A DNA stretch of 64,000 nt from Paramecium tetraurelia (taxonomy: Eukaryota). Where the stretch lies: NCBI GenBank assembly GCA_000165425.1, contig CT868319.1, positions 372,001-436,000 on the forward strand, given 5' to 3'. A model generated the notes under the pieces. The model saw only the letters and a program-made list of their open reading frames with translations, was not told where the DNA came from and ran no database searches. The position numbers and the translations under genes are program-made. Position 1 is the first letter of the stretch, and every line of letters starts with the position of its first letter. This document shows positions 28,874 through 42,066 of this stretch, piece by piece.

Positions 28874-30780
28874 ATGCATTCATTTTATAGTCTAAATCTC
28901 TAAAAAAATCAATATGATCAAGATGAAATAAAAGAATTGTTAATAAAGAATGAAGAGTAACAAATTTGATTTTTTCTTTCTTAATAATTTAATGTTTAAT
29001 TATAATATTGATGACTATTCGGCATACATGATATCTCATGATCAAATCAGTCTAACATATAGAGGATAAATGTAACACTCTCGAAAATATTAGTACAAAG
29101 GACATTTATCAATTTAAATTCTTAGAATTCGACATTTTAGAAGAGATATTATTTTAAAAGTAAGAAGAAACTGCTGTTTCTTTACCTTGGGCAAAAACAA
29201 TAATTGTTAATTTTTGGAATATCCCCAAAGAAAACTATACATTGTTTAATTTATATGGAGGTATGAAAATCCTATTTGACATGGACATAATCAAGGATCT
29301 CTAAGAAGTTCAATTCAAGTTCTTTTCAAATGAAGATATCTAAGCATTGATTAAATTAAAATGGCTACAATCTGACAATACCAACTACTTTTATTTTGAA
29401 ATACAAGAGGAGGTACAATTATATATTTTGAATCTATTTAGAATCAATATGAATTAACACTTTAATGGAGAGATCCCATCTAAAATGCTGAATGCTCAAG
29501 CTTAGAATTGGAGAGGTAGCTACTAAAGAGGAATCTTACTAAATTGTTAAATAAAATAGGTGATTATAGGTATTATGAAATAATGATAATATCTTAGTAA
29601 TATCTATGATTAGTAAGAGTTATTTGATATGATTTTGGAGAATCAATACGATACGATCTATGTTTACTTCCCTTCAATAATAAAGTTAAAAATCCATACT
29701 AAAATATTTGAAAATAGTGAAGAATAAGTTAGATCAGTAGAGTTGTTCATTCATAATGAATGGTTCAAGGAAAGATAGGATAATTTAATTGCCTAATTCG
29801 AGATATTGCATACTCAAATCTAAAGATCTATGATTGATAATACTGATGAAATAGTATTAGATTACGCCTTGATTTACGATGAAGAACAAATCAATTGTTC
29901 TCAATTAATGAGTAAGATCAATTCATTGATAATTAAAATATTGCTAACAAATAATAAAAGAATTCAAACTATCTTATTGTCTCTGATGCCTCTGGAGATT
30001 CATTTTGAATTAGATATGAAGAGATAAGAACTAAATCTAGATATCAATTTGCATCATGAGGATCCATAAGATATATATTAAGAAGGATTGATAATTTTAC
30101 TATAAACAATCACAACTTGCAAATTGTTTTAATCTTTGAAGGTTGATATTCAATAGGAAGATGATTCAAATAATGTAAAATTTCAATTGTTCTCCTTCAT
30201 CATGATGATTCATGAATTCCAATAGACTCTTATTAAAAAAGGAACTTTTACATACAATAATTATTCCTTGATTCCGAGATACAATTCAGTTTGTTCAAAA
30301 GGGGCAATGAATTATTTAATTTCAGAGAAGAAGTAAGCGAAATGATGTTATTTTAGGTCGATTTATTCAATTTCTGATAAAGACTATCTTGATATTCAGA
30401 GAGAAATCGGATGCTTCATCCAATATCTGAGTTTTTATGCTAAGGAGAGTAGTTCAATTATAATTTCCTGTGATATGTGTGAGTTGAGCAATTCTAGTAA
30501 GTAATTCTACGATCAATTGATTGAATAATTAATAAAACAGAATGGAATATTGGAATTCGGAATATTAGATAGTGGGAATCGAGATCAGAAATATTATGAA
30601 AGAGTAATCTAATAATTATTATTACCACTTATCAAATATTTTAGATTAAAGAAGAGGATGCTGACAACATTGTTGATGATAGATAAAAAATATCAGAGCA
30701 GAATGAGGTGGGAGAGTATAAAAGAACTGATTAATTATTTGCCAAATGAATATCAATGCTTGTTACATTAGTAAAATTGA
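28874..30780 (+). CDS. hypothetical protein
   Basis: Long ciliate-code frame with small introns from ATG 28874 to TGA 30780; C-terminus YQSRMRWESIKELINYL. Confidence 0.6.
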
Positions 30781-30846
30781 ATAAAATGAAAAAAAATTAA
30801 ATCCTTTTAAATAAATTATTAAAAAAAAGAAATAATTCCTTAAGAG

Positions 30847-31247
30847 ATGCCATCAAAGAGAAGAAATAATGGTCGTTCAAAGAAAAATAGAGGTCACGTC
30901 AAGCCAGTAACATGCTCAAATTGTTGCAGATTAGTCGGCAAAGATAAAGCCATCAAAAGATTCACAGTGAGAGACATTGTTGATGCATCATCAAAGAAAG
31001 ACATTTTGGAAGCCTCTGCTTATGAATCCAAATAATAATAGTCAATTCCCAAATTATTTGACAAACTTCAAGTAGTCTTAATCTTTAAAGGTAGTATTGC
31101 ATTTCTTGTGCCATCCATGCACGTATCGTTAGAGTGAGATCATCTGAAGACAGAAAAATTCGTGTTATTGAAAGAAAACGACCTGTTTAATAATCAACAT
31201 AAAAAAAAGATGCCCCAAAACCATAAGCTCCAGTTGCAGCTTAATGA
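30847..31247 (+). CDS. RPS26: 40S ribosomal protein S26 (eS26)
   Basis: [26 protein letters not shown]...KDKAIKRF...[16 protein letters not shown]; 23-nt intron 31072-31094. Confidence 0.97.
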
Positions 31248-31363
31248 TATATCTAATACAAACATACATTATAAAATTTGAATTTCTTTCATTTATCAAG
31301 CATCTTGAATGCTTTTTGGGTATTTGTATAAATAATTTAAAAAAAAATTAATATCTTGAATCA

Positions 31364-31863
31364 ATGACACATAGTTATGGTTTGAAAAAGGGAACAAGAA
31401 GTAAGTTTGCAAAACCATTCAGAGGACATGGCAATATAAGCATTCGTAAAACACTTTAAACATTCAGAAGAGGTTAATTATTATTATTACAAAAGGTGAT
31501 TTCGTTGATATTTTGGTTGATGGAGCATAACATAAAGGAGTCCCCTTCCAATATTATCATGGACGAACAGCCAGAGTTTTCAATGTTAATCCAAGAGGAA
31601 TTGGAGTCTCATTATAAAGAAGAGTAAGAGGAAGATATGTGGAGAAAAGATTTCATGTTAGAGCTGATCATTTGAGACCATCAAAATGCAGAGAGGAATT
31701 TGTTAAAAGAGTTTAAGTCAATGATAAGAAAAAGACTGAAGCTAATAAATTGAAATAACATATCTCTACTAAAAGACAACCTGTTTTACCAAGAAGTGCT
31801 GAAATTGTCAAACCAACAGCTACAGTCTTTTAACATCCAAAAGCATTTGTAGAAATCATTTGA
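31364..31863 (+). CDS. RPL21: 60S ribosomal protein L21 (eL21)
   Basis: MTHSYGLKKGTRSKFAKPFRGHG...GDFVDI...KGVPFQYYHGRTARVFNV...HVRADHLRPSKCREEF; one tiny intron. Confidence 0.97.
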
Positions 31864-32215
31864 ATTATAATATCATAAGTATAATAATATAGTAATTTGA
31901 CAAAAAATACTTTTAGATTTATTATAAATATTATTAAAATAATGAGAGATTGGTTTTCATGACTTTTTTTAAGCTTTAATCTAAAATGAGCTTGAGATGT
32001 TGAGATAGAGATAGAATTTTATTTAAATAAGATTCATATATCTTTCAGCTTTAGAGATTACCTTCATATCTATTTCTATAAATTATTAAAATATAAACAA
32101 GAAATAGAAGAATCCAGAGATTATTCAATTTATAAATTTAATGAGGTTATTTATAAGTCAATTTAAACAGTTTTATTGGTATGATATAATTCAAATTTAT
32201 TAATCCAATTCTGTT

Positions 32216-33066
32216 TCATTATTTAAACTTCGATTTCTTCTATTTTCTTCTTACAATCTCTTTTTCTCCGATTCAAATTCTTCTTTTAATAAAATATTCT
32301 TTTTTTATTCTTCTTCAAACTTATCTCTAATTTCATTTAAATAAGCCATGTATGATTATAACATTTTTTATTGTCTATCAAAATTGTCTTTCAACTTTAT
32401 AAGCTATTGCTAATACTTTTACTAAACTTCTTTGGCTTTATCCTCTAATTCTGACTTTTCTTTAAGTTATTACTGCAATTTCAAAATTTGTTCTTAGCAA
32501 GCTTTTAATCTGTATTCACAAATTTCATTTCTTTCTTTTAATTTATTTAGTTCATGCTATTTTTATTCCAATTTTATTTCCATTTATTGTTTTTCTTATT
32601 CCTTTTCAGAAATTTCAGATTTAGCAGATAAAAACAATTGTCTTTCAGTCTCCATATATTACTCAAATTCTTAAATAGTATTTTACAGCTTTTCATATGA
32701 TTCCTTGTCAATATTGGTATTTGATAAATCTGTGATCCATTATTTACATTCTGATAAAGACTATTATGATTAATTCATTAATATTTTTTCAATTTCAGCA
32801 TTCATTAACTATGTTTATAATTTATTGTTTTCTTAAATAAGTTTATCAAAAGTCTTTTGTAAGGAATATTTAAATGTTTCCATTTCCCTTTCATGTTCCT
32901 AGATTTGTTTTTAATACATCTATTAGTCTTCTTAAGTCATTCGTTATACCTTTTCCAATTACTATTCAAAATTCAACTTTTGCAAAACAATCTCCCTCTT
33001 TAACTGTTCATTTTCTTTTTTGTATTATTCAAATTAAACAATATAAAAGTCAACGCTTGGTTTCAT
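32216..33066 (-). CDS. coiled-coil cluster gene A (short; inverted paralog of gene D rod)
   Basis: Open frame from MKPSVDFYIVQFEQYKKENEQL to TGA 32216; most of it aligns by eye with ~42636-43345. Confidence 0.65.
32241..32935. repeat. inverted duplication, copy 1 (partner ~42636-43345)
   Basis: The reverse complement matches gene D, e.g. GAAGAAGAATAAAAAAAGAATATTTTATTAAAAGAAGAATTTGAATCGGAGAAAAAGAGATTGTAAGAAGAAAATA occurs in both. Confidence 0.9.
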
Positions 33067-33250
33067 TTTAGCAAGCAATTTATAAATAATATGTTTAAGA
33101 AAACAAATTTTTGGTTAACAATAACTTTTTCTATTAAAACAAGTCTTGTATATTAATATATATTATCAATTTTATTATTTTAGTAGAAATTTAAAAAATA
33201 ATAATTTAGAGACCAGATAAAAAATTGTTAAATTCTAAATTATATTTTTT

Positions 33251-35116
33251 TCAACCTAAATGCACCTTAGTATATTTGTATTCGATGTTTTATTTTTTAC
33301 TAATTCTGATCATCATATTTTTCTTTAGCTAACTATAAAGTTGTTCCAAATGCATAATATGTTAGAAATCTCTTGAACCTTAGGTTTTTGTCCCCTTATC
33401 TGTAAGAATATGATTTACTATTGCTATTAATTTGTAAACTTACATGTTAAAGTTCTCATCCAGTAGACTATTATAAGTTTCTGAATTCAAATAGATTGCT
33501 TAGAGTTCTGAAATGATTTAAACCCCTTATTCTTTAAAATTTTTAATTCTATCTTCTCTTAATATTATTAGAATATTTTATATCTCTAATATAATTCATT
33601 TAGATTATTCATAATTTTCAGAATCCTTTTATTTTTCAAAAAAATTCTTGGGATTGAGGAAATTGATAAAATCTTTATAAGTTGAACTTTTTATGATTCA
33701 CTTAGTTTATAGTTAGTTCATATTCCAGCATTGCTTGAAAATCTATCATTCTTTTCAAAATTATGTTTTCTTATTAAAATTTAAGTTCATTATATCATAG
33801 AATAAATATATTATTATAATATATACTCTTCAAGGGATTTATTTTATGTTGTTAATTGATTAATTGTTTCTCTCAATTATTATTTTTAGATTTCAAATTC
33901 TTCGTTCTACCTTCTTTTTTATATTTATTCATATTATTGGATTTGTTCATTTTATTACTTTAATATGCAATCATTTTAAGCTTTTAATTTATCAATTGTT
34001 GAATCATATGTCTATCTCAATTATTAGGTTTAGAATTGAAATTCTTCTTTCTCTTTTATGTTTTACATCTATAATTATTAATATTTTCGTTCTGATTCTT
34101 CCAAAGCCTTCTTGCAATTGAATAATTCAGATTCTTTAATCTAAAGTACTTTTTTGACTTTTTTCAATTCTTCTTTATATATAATTTGTTTTTTGTCACA
34201 AATATCTTTACCTATTTCGTTTTCTTCTCTCATTATTTGAGAATCCTTTTGGCATTTTTATAATAATTCTTAACATATTTTCAATTCATTCTAACATTTT
34301 TTCAATTAATCTTAATATTATTTCGATTCATCTATGTAACTCCTGCATTTTTATTTTTAATGGAGATTTATTTTTTCTAATTTATCCTAAATATATTCAT
34401 TTTCTTCTTTCATCTCCTTCAATCTATAGTTCTATCTCTATTTAAATTAGATGCAACTATATCTATATTCCAAAATTTTCAATTAATCCTGCAGTTGTTT
34501 AAGATTATCTTATGCTTCTTTCGATAATTCATTGATATCATAACCTTGAATTTTAACTTCTTAGGAAGAAAAATTCAATTTTTAAACTTCTTATACTAAA
34601 TCTTTTTGATATTTTTCTTCATTTTTATCTATATAATTTTAATTAATTTTCTCCTAAAGGTTTTTGAAATCAGTAAAAACTTTTTCTTATTATATTTTTA
34701 ATTATTCGTTGTTGAATATCAATTTATCTATATTGTTGTTAGACTGTTTTAATTGTTATCTTAAGTCATCTATTTCCTATTCCTTCAAATTAATACTTTT
34801 TTTAAATGATATTTAGTTTTATATCAACATTTATTCATAGTTTGCTATAATCTCTAATGTGTAACGTTTTTCATTATCTGCAAGTTATCTTAACCCCGCT
34901 AATTTATCTATGAAATTTTGTTTCAAAGTTTCTTGTTCTTGATTATATTGCATTAATATTATTTAATGCTCTTTTTGTTTATCTTCAATGTATTTTTCAC
35001 AATCTGTTTGGTACTTGGATAATTATTAATTGATTTATTTCATTTTCTCTCTCCTTACATTTCTGTGTAATTATTTGTTAGATCTCCTTCAAGCCAAAGT
35101 CAGCACTTGATTGCAT
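33251..35116 (-). pseudogene. coiled-coil cluster gene B (frameshift near 35025; pseudogene or assembly error)
   Basis: Start MQSSADFGLKEIQQIITQKCKERENEI matches gene D; about 8 nt are missing relative to D, giving an early TGA; the downstream rod matches gene F. Confidence 0.55.
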
Positions 35117-36519
35117 TTTAAATAGATATCAATAAATAATATGTTAAGAGAATCAAAAGTTGCTATACACTCTTTATTTCTATTAGAAATTTAACTTCCT
35201 ATTATTAAATATATTCTTATTTATTATATTTTTTGGAAATGTTTAAAATTGTTTTTCAGATATGCAAGTTCAAAGTAATTGCAATATTTTTGGTTTATTT
35301 AGTATGAATTTATAAATATTTTTTGAACTTCTAAATAATTTAGACTATAATAATGTTTACAAGTGTTACCAACAATAGATTACGCCACAAAATTGTAAAA
35401 GACTCCATTAATACATTTGAATCATTTGATTTATATATTATAAGATCTATTTTGAACAGTATAAGCAAAAATATTTCTTCAAACAAAATATTAACTTTAA
35501 TTTAAATTTTTTGGTTGTTTTTATGTATTTATTTTAAAAAATGTATAAAAATTTTTAGTTTGACTAATTTCATTAATTTAATGATTATAGCTTTTTCCAT
35601 TGTATTATTTTTATATTTTTTAAATTTCAAAGGTTGTTGAATTAATTAATTAAGTGTTTAGTGAATTATGAAAATAAAATAATTTGATTTGATTGTTATT
35701 TTTCGGTAGATATTTTAATAGGATAAAAATTATACATGATAAATCTGATTATTTTTTCGTTTTTAGATGCAGTTATTGAATTTTTGACATGGCAATAGCT
35801 TGATCAATTTTATGTTTTTAAATATCTTATCTAGAGATTTCGAAGTTATGCACATAAAGTATTTTAACTATTCATTACAAGTATTATAATCTAAAACCTT
35901 TTATTAACAGATAAAGAGTACTTAGAACAATCAGCATTTGGAAGAAAACCCCCAACTTATCACGTTATTGTGCAGACTTTTTTTAAGCTAAAATATTTCA
36001 TATTAAAACTCTTTTAGAAAGGTTACTTTGGACTTAATGCATTTTATACAGATTTCTTTATCAACCAATCAATCATCCTGTTTATTAATCAATTTGCATT
36101 ATTAATTCTTAACTTCTTCTTGGAATTGCTAAATTTCTTAATTTTAACCTATAAAATAGGTCTTATTTACTCTGAGAATTTCATAAAATGAACTATTTAT
36201 AAAATTCGATAAAATATAGACAAATCGTCCATTTGGATTTGATCTTAGTCATAACCTAAGTCTTGGCCAATCAACATAATATAGAAATTAGACCCAAAAA
36301 ATAATATCTTTAAGAAATCAGATGAGCAATAAAGAAAAATACTAAAATTTAAGAGCAAATTGAGATTTTAATTATAAAGAATTAAAAATCAAAGTAATAT
36401 TGTCAAAGCTACAGCAATATGCTGCTAATTAGCCAGATTGAGAAGTAAGAAAACTCATTAATACTCTAGTAATTTGTTAAGATACTTTACAAAGCTTATG
36501 ATATTAATGAGTAATGAAG

Positions 36520-37350
36520 CTCATTATTTAAAAAAAATATTATATAGTTTGAAATATTCCAATAGTTTGATTTATTCTCAACCAAATAATTAATTTTTTT
36601 CTTTCCAAGCTAAGTAAAACTGTGGAAGTCGCAACAGATCCACTCTTATAAAAGTATAAACTCCTTGTTTGAAATATTTCCATTCAAAACCATAACACGA
36701 CAATAGGCATTCATTTTGTTTAGGTATGTCCCATATGTAGTCATATTTATTTAAAATTGACTTCTTCTAAGGAATCTTATCTAAGAAACTCTACAAAATT
36801 CATAAAATAAAGTGCAAATGTGAATAATGAATATTCTTTCCAGCAGTTTGAATAATATAAAACAAAAAAAATCTAAAAAATACTATATATTATATTTTTA
36901 AAGTAATGTAATACCACAAATAAATAAGCAAGTCCACAATTCATTTTCCCATCAGCTAACTACTTGAAGAAAAGTGAGCTGGAGTAGAATTCTGTCTTGA
37001 CTGTACTATTTTTTATTAAATTTCTTCCTTTACAGTGTTTTTATTTCTATCTTCTATTATTAAGAATAGATATTGAACTTCTTTGTGCTTTCTTTTTGTA
37101 AATTATTAAGATCTTTTCTTTCAATTGGATAGAAGCTATTCATTTTTTGTTTTTACATATAAATTCTGATTTTTAATTTCTATATTTATGGAAAGATGCT
37201 CCTTATCTTTTTAGTTATTTAACTTATCAAAGGTATAAATTCTATAAATCATTTATTGATAGTTAATTTTTTATCAAGTTTTGATTACCTGAAAATCTTA
37301 ATAACTCATCTGTACCATTTTGCACATTTTTAGATATGCTATGTGTCATC
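36520..37350 (-). pseudogene. degenerate or hypothetical gene fragment
   Basis: Coding-like stretch KYDYIWDIPKQNECLLSCYGFEWKYFKQGVYTFIRVDLLRLPQFYLAWKEK ending near 36521; upstream frames are broken by TGA. Confidence 0.3.
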
Positions 37351-37711
37351 AAATAACATGTTATTTTTTATGAAGCATAATAATAGTAACCTTACTTCTC
37401 TTTTTACTTATAACCATGATATTAGAGTAATATACATCAATAATGTAATTGACAAGAAATATTAAATCAAAAAGTGTAATATTATTTTCTATAATTGAGA
37501 ATGTAGATATAAGTCTATAAATGTTGTAGATGATTAATTACTCGAATGCTGTAAATAGATTGTAATTAAATAATAAAGTTTGATAAACCTAATTTATTAT
37601 ATAATAAATATGAGTACATTTAATAATCTAAGGATAGATTTTTAATAGAAATAGAAAGTCTTAAGCAACATTTGATTTTCTTAAACTTATTATTTTTAAT
37701 TTCTGTCTAAA

Positions 37712-40700
37712 ATGCTACAGAAGGTTGACATTGACCTTAATTAAGTCAATGAAACTATTAAACAGAAATGTATGGAAGAAATCATGAATTATCTCAACAA
37801 AGAATTATCTGAGTATCAGGCCAAATGTTAAAATTATATATTAAAAATCCAATAAGAGCATGAGAAATTGCAAAATCAATATAGAGAAGACTCAGAATAA
37901 TTTAGTAAAAGTCTAGTTTAGAAGTTGAGATCACTAAAGTCACTTGTAGAAGAGGAAAAGAATAGCGCATTAGAATTAATAGAAAATTCTTAAAAGCATT
38001 TTTTAAAATAAGCACAAAGTTAATTTAACGATCATTTTACGGATAAAAGTTAACTGAAGGAAGAACTTTAAAAAAGAAATTAAGAATATGACAAATTAAA
38101 AAAAGACCTGGATAATCTTAAGTTTAGTAAAATTAATGAAAGTCAAAGCCTACAGAGGGCAATAGAAAAATAATAATTAGTTGAGAATAAATTGGAGGAA
38201 CTTTAGATCACGTCACAAAATATAATTAATGAACTTAAAGAAAAAAATCAAAAATAATTGAAATAAGCTTAAGATGAATTTTAGAGATAACAAGATATTT
38301 ACAAATAAAATTTAGACTAACTCAAATCAAGTAATATTGAAACTTTATAATTTTTGTAAAAACTTTAAAATGAAAATTCAAGTTTATAAGAGCAAGTTAA
38401 TACAGGATAGTCATAATTATAATATTAGAAAAAATAGTATGATTAATAATTAATAAAATTTAAAAATGAAAAAGGTTTATTAGAACAATAAGCATTAAAA
38501 GCTTAAGCGGAGTACCAATAAATCATAGAATCTAGATAAACATTTTAAAATTAGCTTTAAGAAGAATAAGTTAAATTTAAAAAATAATAACAGGAATTAG
38601 TAAAAAGAGCAGAAGAAAATAGGATAAAACAAGAAGAATAAAAATAGAAAGAAATTTAAGAATAAGAGTAGATAGCTAAAAAAATTAAAGAAAACTATGA
38701 ATAAATAAATGAAAAAATTTGTAATTTAGAATTTGAAAAATAGAAAATTGAATAAGAATAATTAATTAAAGCGAATGCGAATGAAGCTTAAGATAAGAAA
38801 AATAGCTAAATGAACGAAACACTTTAGTAAAAAGAAANNNNNNNNNNNNNNNNNNNNNNNNNNNNNNNNNNNNNNNNNNNNNNNNNNNNNNNNNNNNNNN
38901 NNNNNNNNNNNNNNNNNNNNNNNNNNNNNNNNNNNNNNNNNNNNNNNNNNNNNNNNNNNNNNNNNNNNNNNNNNNNNNNNNNNNNNNNNNNNNNNNNNNN
39001 NNNNNNNNNNNNNNNNNNNNNNNNNNNNNNNNNNNNNNNNNNNNNNNNNNNNNNNNNNNNNNNNNNNNNNNNNNNNNNNNNNNNNNNNNNNNNNNNNNNN
39101 NNNNNNNNNNNNNNNNNNNNNNNNNNNNNNNNNNNNNNNNNNNNNNNNNNNNNNNNNNNNNNNNNNNNNNNNNNNNNNNNNNNNNNNNNNNNNNNNNNNN
39201 NNNNNNNNNNNNNNNNNNNNNNNNNNNNNNNNNNNNNNNNNNNNNNNNNNNNNNNNNNNNNNNNNNNNNNNNNNNNNNNNNNNNNNNNNNNNNNNNNNNN
39301 NNNNNNNNNNNNNNNNNNNNNNNNNNNNNNNNNNNNNNNNNNNNNNNNNNNNNNNNNNNNNNNNNNNNNNNNNNNNNNNNNNNNNNNNNNNNNNNNNNNN
39401 NNNNNNNNNNNNNNNNNNNNNNNNNNNNNNNNNNNNNNNNNNNNNNNNNNNNNNAAGATGACATTGAAACCTTAACCACATATGTTGAATCACTTGCTCA
39501 TTAAGTTGTTGAACTCGAATTGACATACAAATAAACTGAAGATGAGCTCTCATAAACAATAGTTACGAAAACTGAATATGAGCATTTGCTTAAAACTGTA
39601 AAGGAAGAATTAGAAAAAGACAACAAAGACAATGAACTCTTAATGCACTCAGGATCAATAGAACAAAGAAATGATATAAAATTTTGTTACATAAAACAAA
39701 AGAACAAAATAAAACAATTGATAGTTTGAATTCGGAAATGTAGAGTTAAGCTGAAAAACTTTAAATATTGGATAATAAAGTTGCCGAATTAAAATTAAAA
39801 GTTAATGAAGCTAAATAATAAGAGAGTTAAGCAAAAGAAAATTTAAAAGAGTATTAAATACAGCTTGAAAATGAACAAAAGAATTTTGAATAAAAAATGC
39901 TTGAATTATAAAACAAAGCCAAAGAAGATTTGGAAATGTTAGCGAGAGAAAATACCAATCTTTCTTAATCATAATAAGAGGAGTATTAAAAAACGCTTGA
40001 AGATTTGAAAGAACAATATTAGAAAGAACAAAATGAATTAGAACAATAAGTAAAAGAAGCTGATTCTAAATATATAAATATCAACACAAAATATAAAGAA
40101 ACGGAAGAGGCTCTCAAAAAAACATAAGAAATGAAACAAAAGTGTTAGGAAAAGCTCAAAAAATAAAAGGAGGAATATGAAAAAGAAAAAAGTCTGTTTG
40201 AATAAAAAGTATAACAAGTTGATAATGAAGTTGAGAAACTCAAGGTGTTAAACAAAGATACTGAAGAAGAGCTTCAGAAAACAAGAGAAGGTAAATAAAA
40301 ATATTAGGAGTAGCTTAAAACTTACAAAGAAAAATTTGAATAAGAAAGATAGTAATTAGAAGAACAAATAAAAAAAGCTGATGCTGAAGTTGAAAAAATC
40401 AATAAATAAAACTATGAAACTGAATTAGAGCATAGTACAGCTAAAAATCAGAAAGAACTTTATTAATAATAGCTTGAAAAATAAAGGGAGTAATTTGTTT
40501 CAAAAATACTTGAAATAGAAAAAGCCAAAGAAAATTTAGAAAAGAAAGTATTAGAAAATACCAAAGATATTTAATAGTAGCAGGAGCATGATTAAGATAA
40601 ATATTCTAAATTGATTGAAGATTTGAAAAAAAAATTTGAAGAAGAAAAATTAAAATTATAAAAGAATATCCAAGAAGCCAAAGAAAAGGAAAAGGAAGCC

Positions 40701-41175
40701 TAAGATAAGGAAAAGGAAGCCACAAGTAGTTTAGAAGAGAACAAGCGATAGCTTTTAGGTTTAAAAAATAAATACGAACCACAATAATAGGATGAAGAAA
40801 ACTATTAATTAACTACAGCATTCAACAATATTCGAAAGGAACTATAGAAATTTGATATATCTGTAATTGATGATTAAAATAAAAATGAAGAAGCTATGAT
40901 GTATTAAAATATTCTATCCTATTTAGGTAATAAACAGAAAGAGTTTAAGAATAAACCATATAATAAGAATAATAAGTATAATAAGTATAAAATTAAAATA
41001 CTTAAATACACCATTATATAGAGAACCATAATATTATATAATGTTTAGAGGAAATGAAAAATAAAATTAAGAGAACCAATTTGGATTTAGAAAATTAATG
41101 TTAAGGAATAATTATGTAGTTAAATATCCAAGTAATGAATTAACATATTATTATTAGAAATATTTGTAATGAAGT
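37712..41175 (+). CDS. coiled-coil cluster gene C (long; spans N gap; 3' end approximate)
   Basis: Start MLQKVDIDLNQVNETIKQKCMEEIMNYLNKELSEYQAKCQNYILKIQQEHEK is homologous to the gene B and D heads; E/K/Q heptad-rich on both sides of the gap. Confidence 0.65.
38838..39454. other. assembly gap (617 N)
   Basis: Run of n characters. Confidence 0.99.
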
Positions 41176-42066
41176 TAATTAATGCCCTTAAAGCATGAAT
41201 ATTTATAATCTTATCAAATATTATTCCTAAAATACATTGTAATTTTAATTCTTGAAAATCATCAAGTAAATCCATCTGATCCAAAGCATTTACTCAAATG
41301 TTAAATTTGACATAAGATTATACTGTTACTTAATTTAATTGAGAGTTAGTGAACCTTCCCAAATTTTTGCTTTATTCAATATAACTTGATTGTATTTATC
41401 TGCAATATCAAGTCTGAGATGATACTCCCTCCAGAATTATGACTCTCCTTGTCATTCTGAGAAACATTATCTACCCCCTAACAAATATTATTATGTTGTG
41501 TATATGCCCTTCTTAGATATTAATTAGGTGGTTTTAAATATTTAATATTAAAAATAATTTGTTTATTCATAACTCGATAAATTAACCGGAAATAATCAAA
41601 AAAAAGCAATAGCAAAAAGAACGTTTTGTTATTGAACTAGTCAATATTTGTTCTTATTCTTATTGAAGATGCCATTATTAAAACAATCTTGAAAGATTAA
41701 ATTTTCTTTTTTTCGAGTATTTGTTGTATGCTGATATTTCACTTTTGATTTGAGAAGCAATCTATGAAATTTGTAGATGATAAATTTATTGAATGCTCTA
41801 AATTAAATGAGAACATAATAATAATTAGATGTTATTATATAATATCTATTTATCAGGCACAATATTAACCTGAAGCTTTGAGTAAATGTTCTTTTGAAAT
41901 ATTGATGAATTAGTTAGATAGGGTATTAAACTTTTTAATATAATAAAAATAATCATATTCAATAATATAAAAGATTTTTTCATATTAATAGAATTCCAAA
42001 ATTTAAAGCTAATTAGATTCCTTTGCAATATCATAAATTAAATTAAATAATACATTTTTGTATAAA

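Noticed and set aside
38762..39559. Longest ORFs in the track (265 and 237 aa)
   Set aside because: Artefacts of translating through the 617-N gap.
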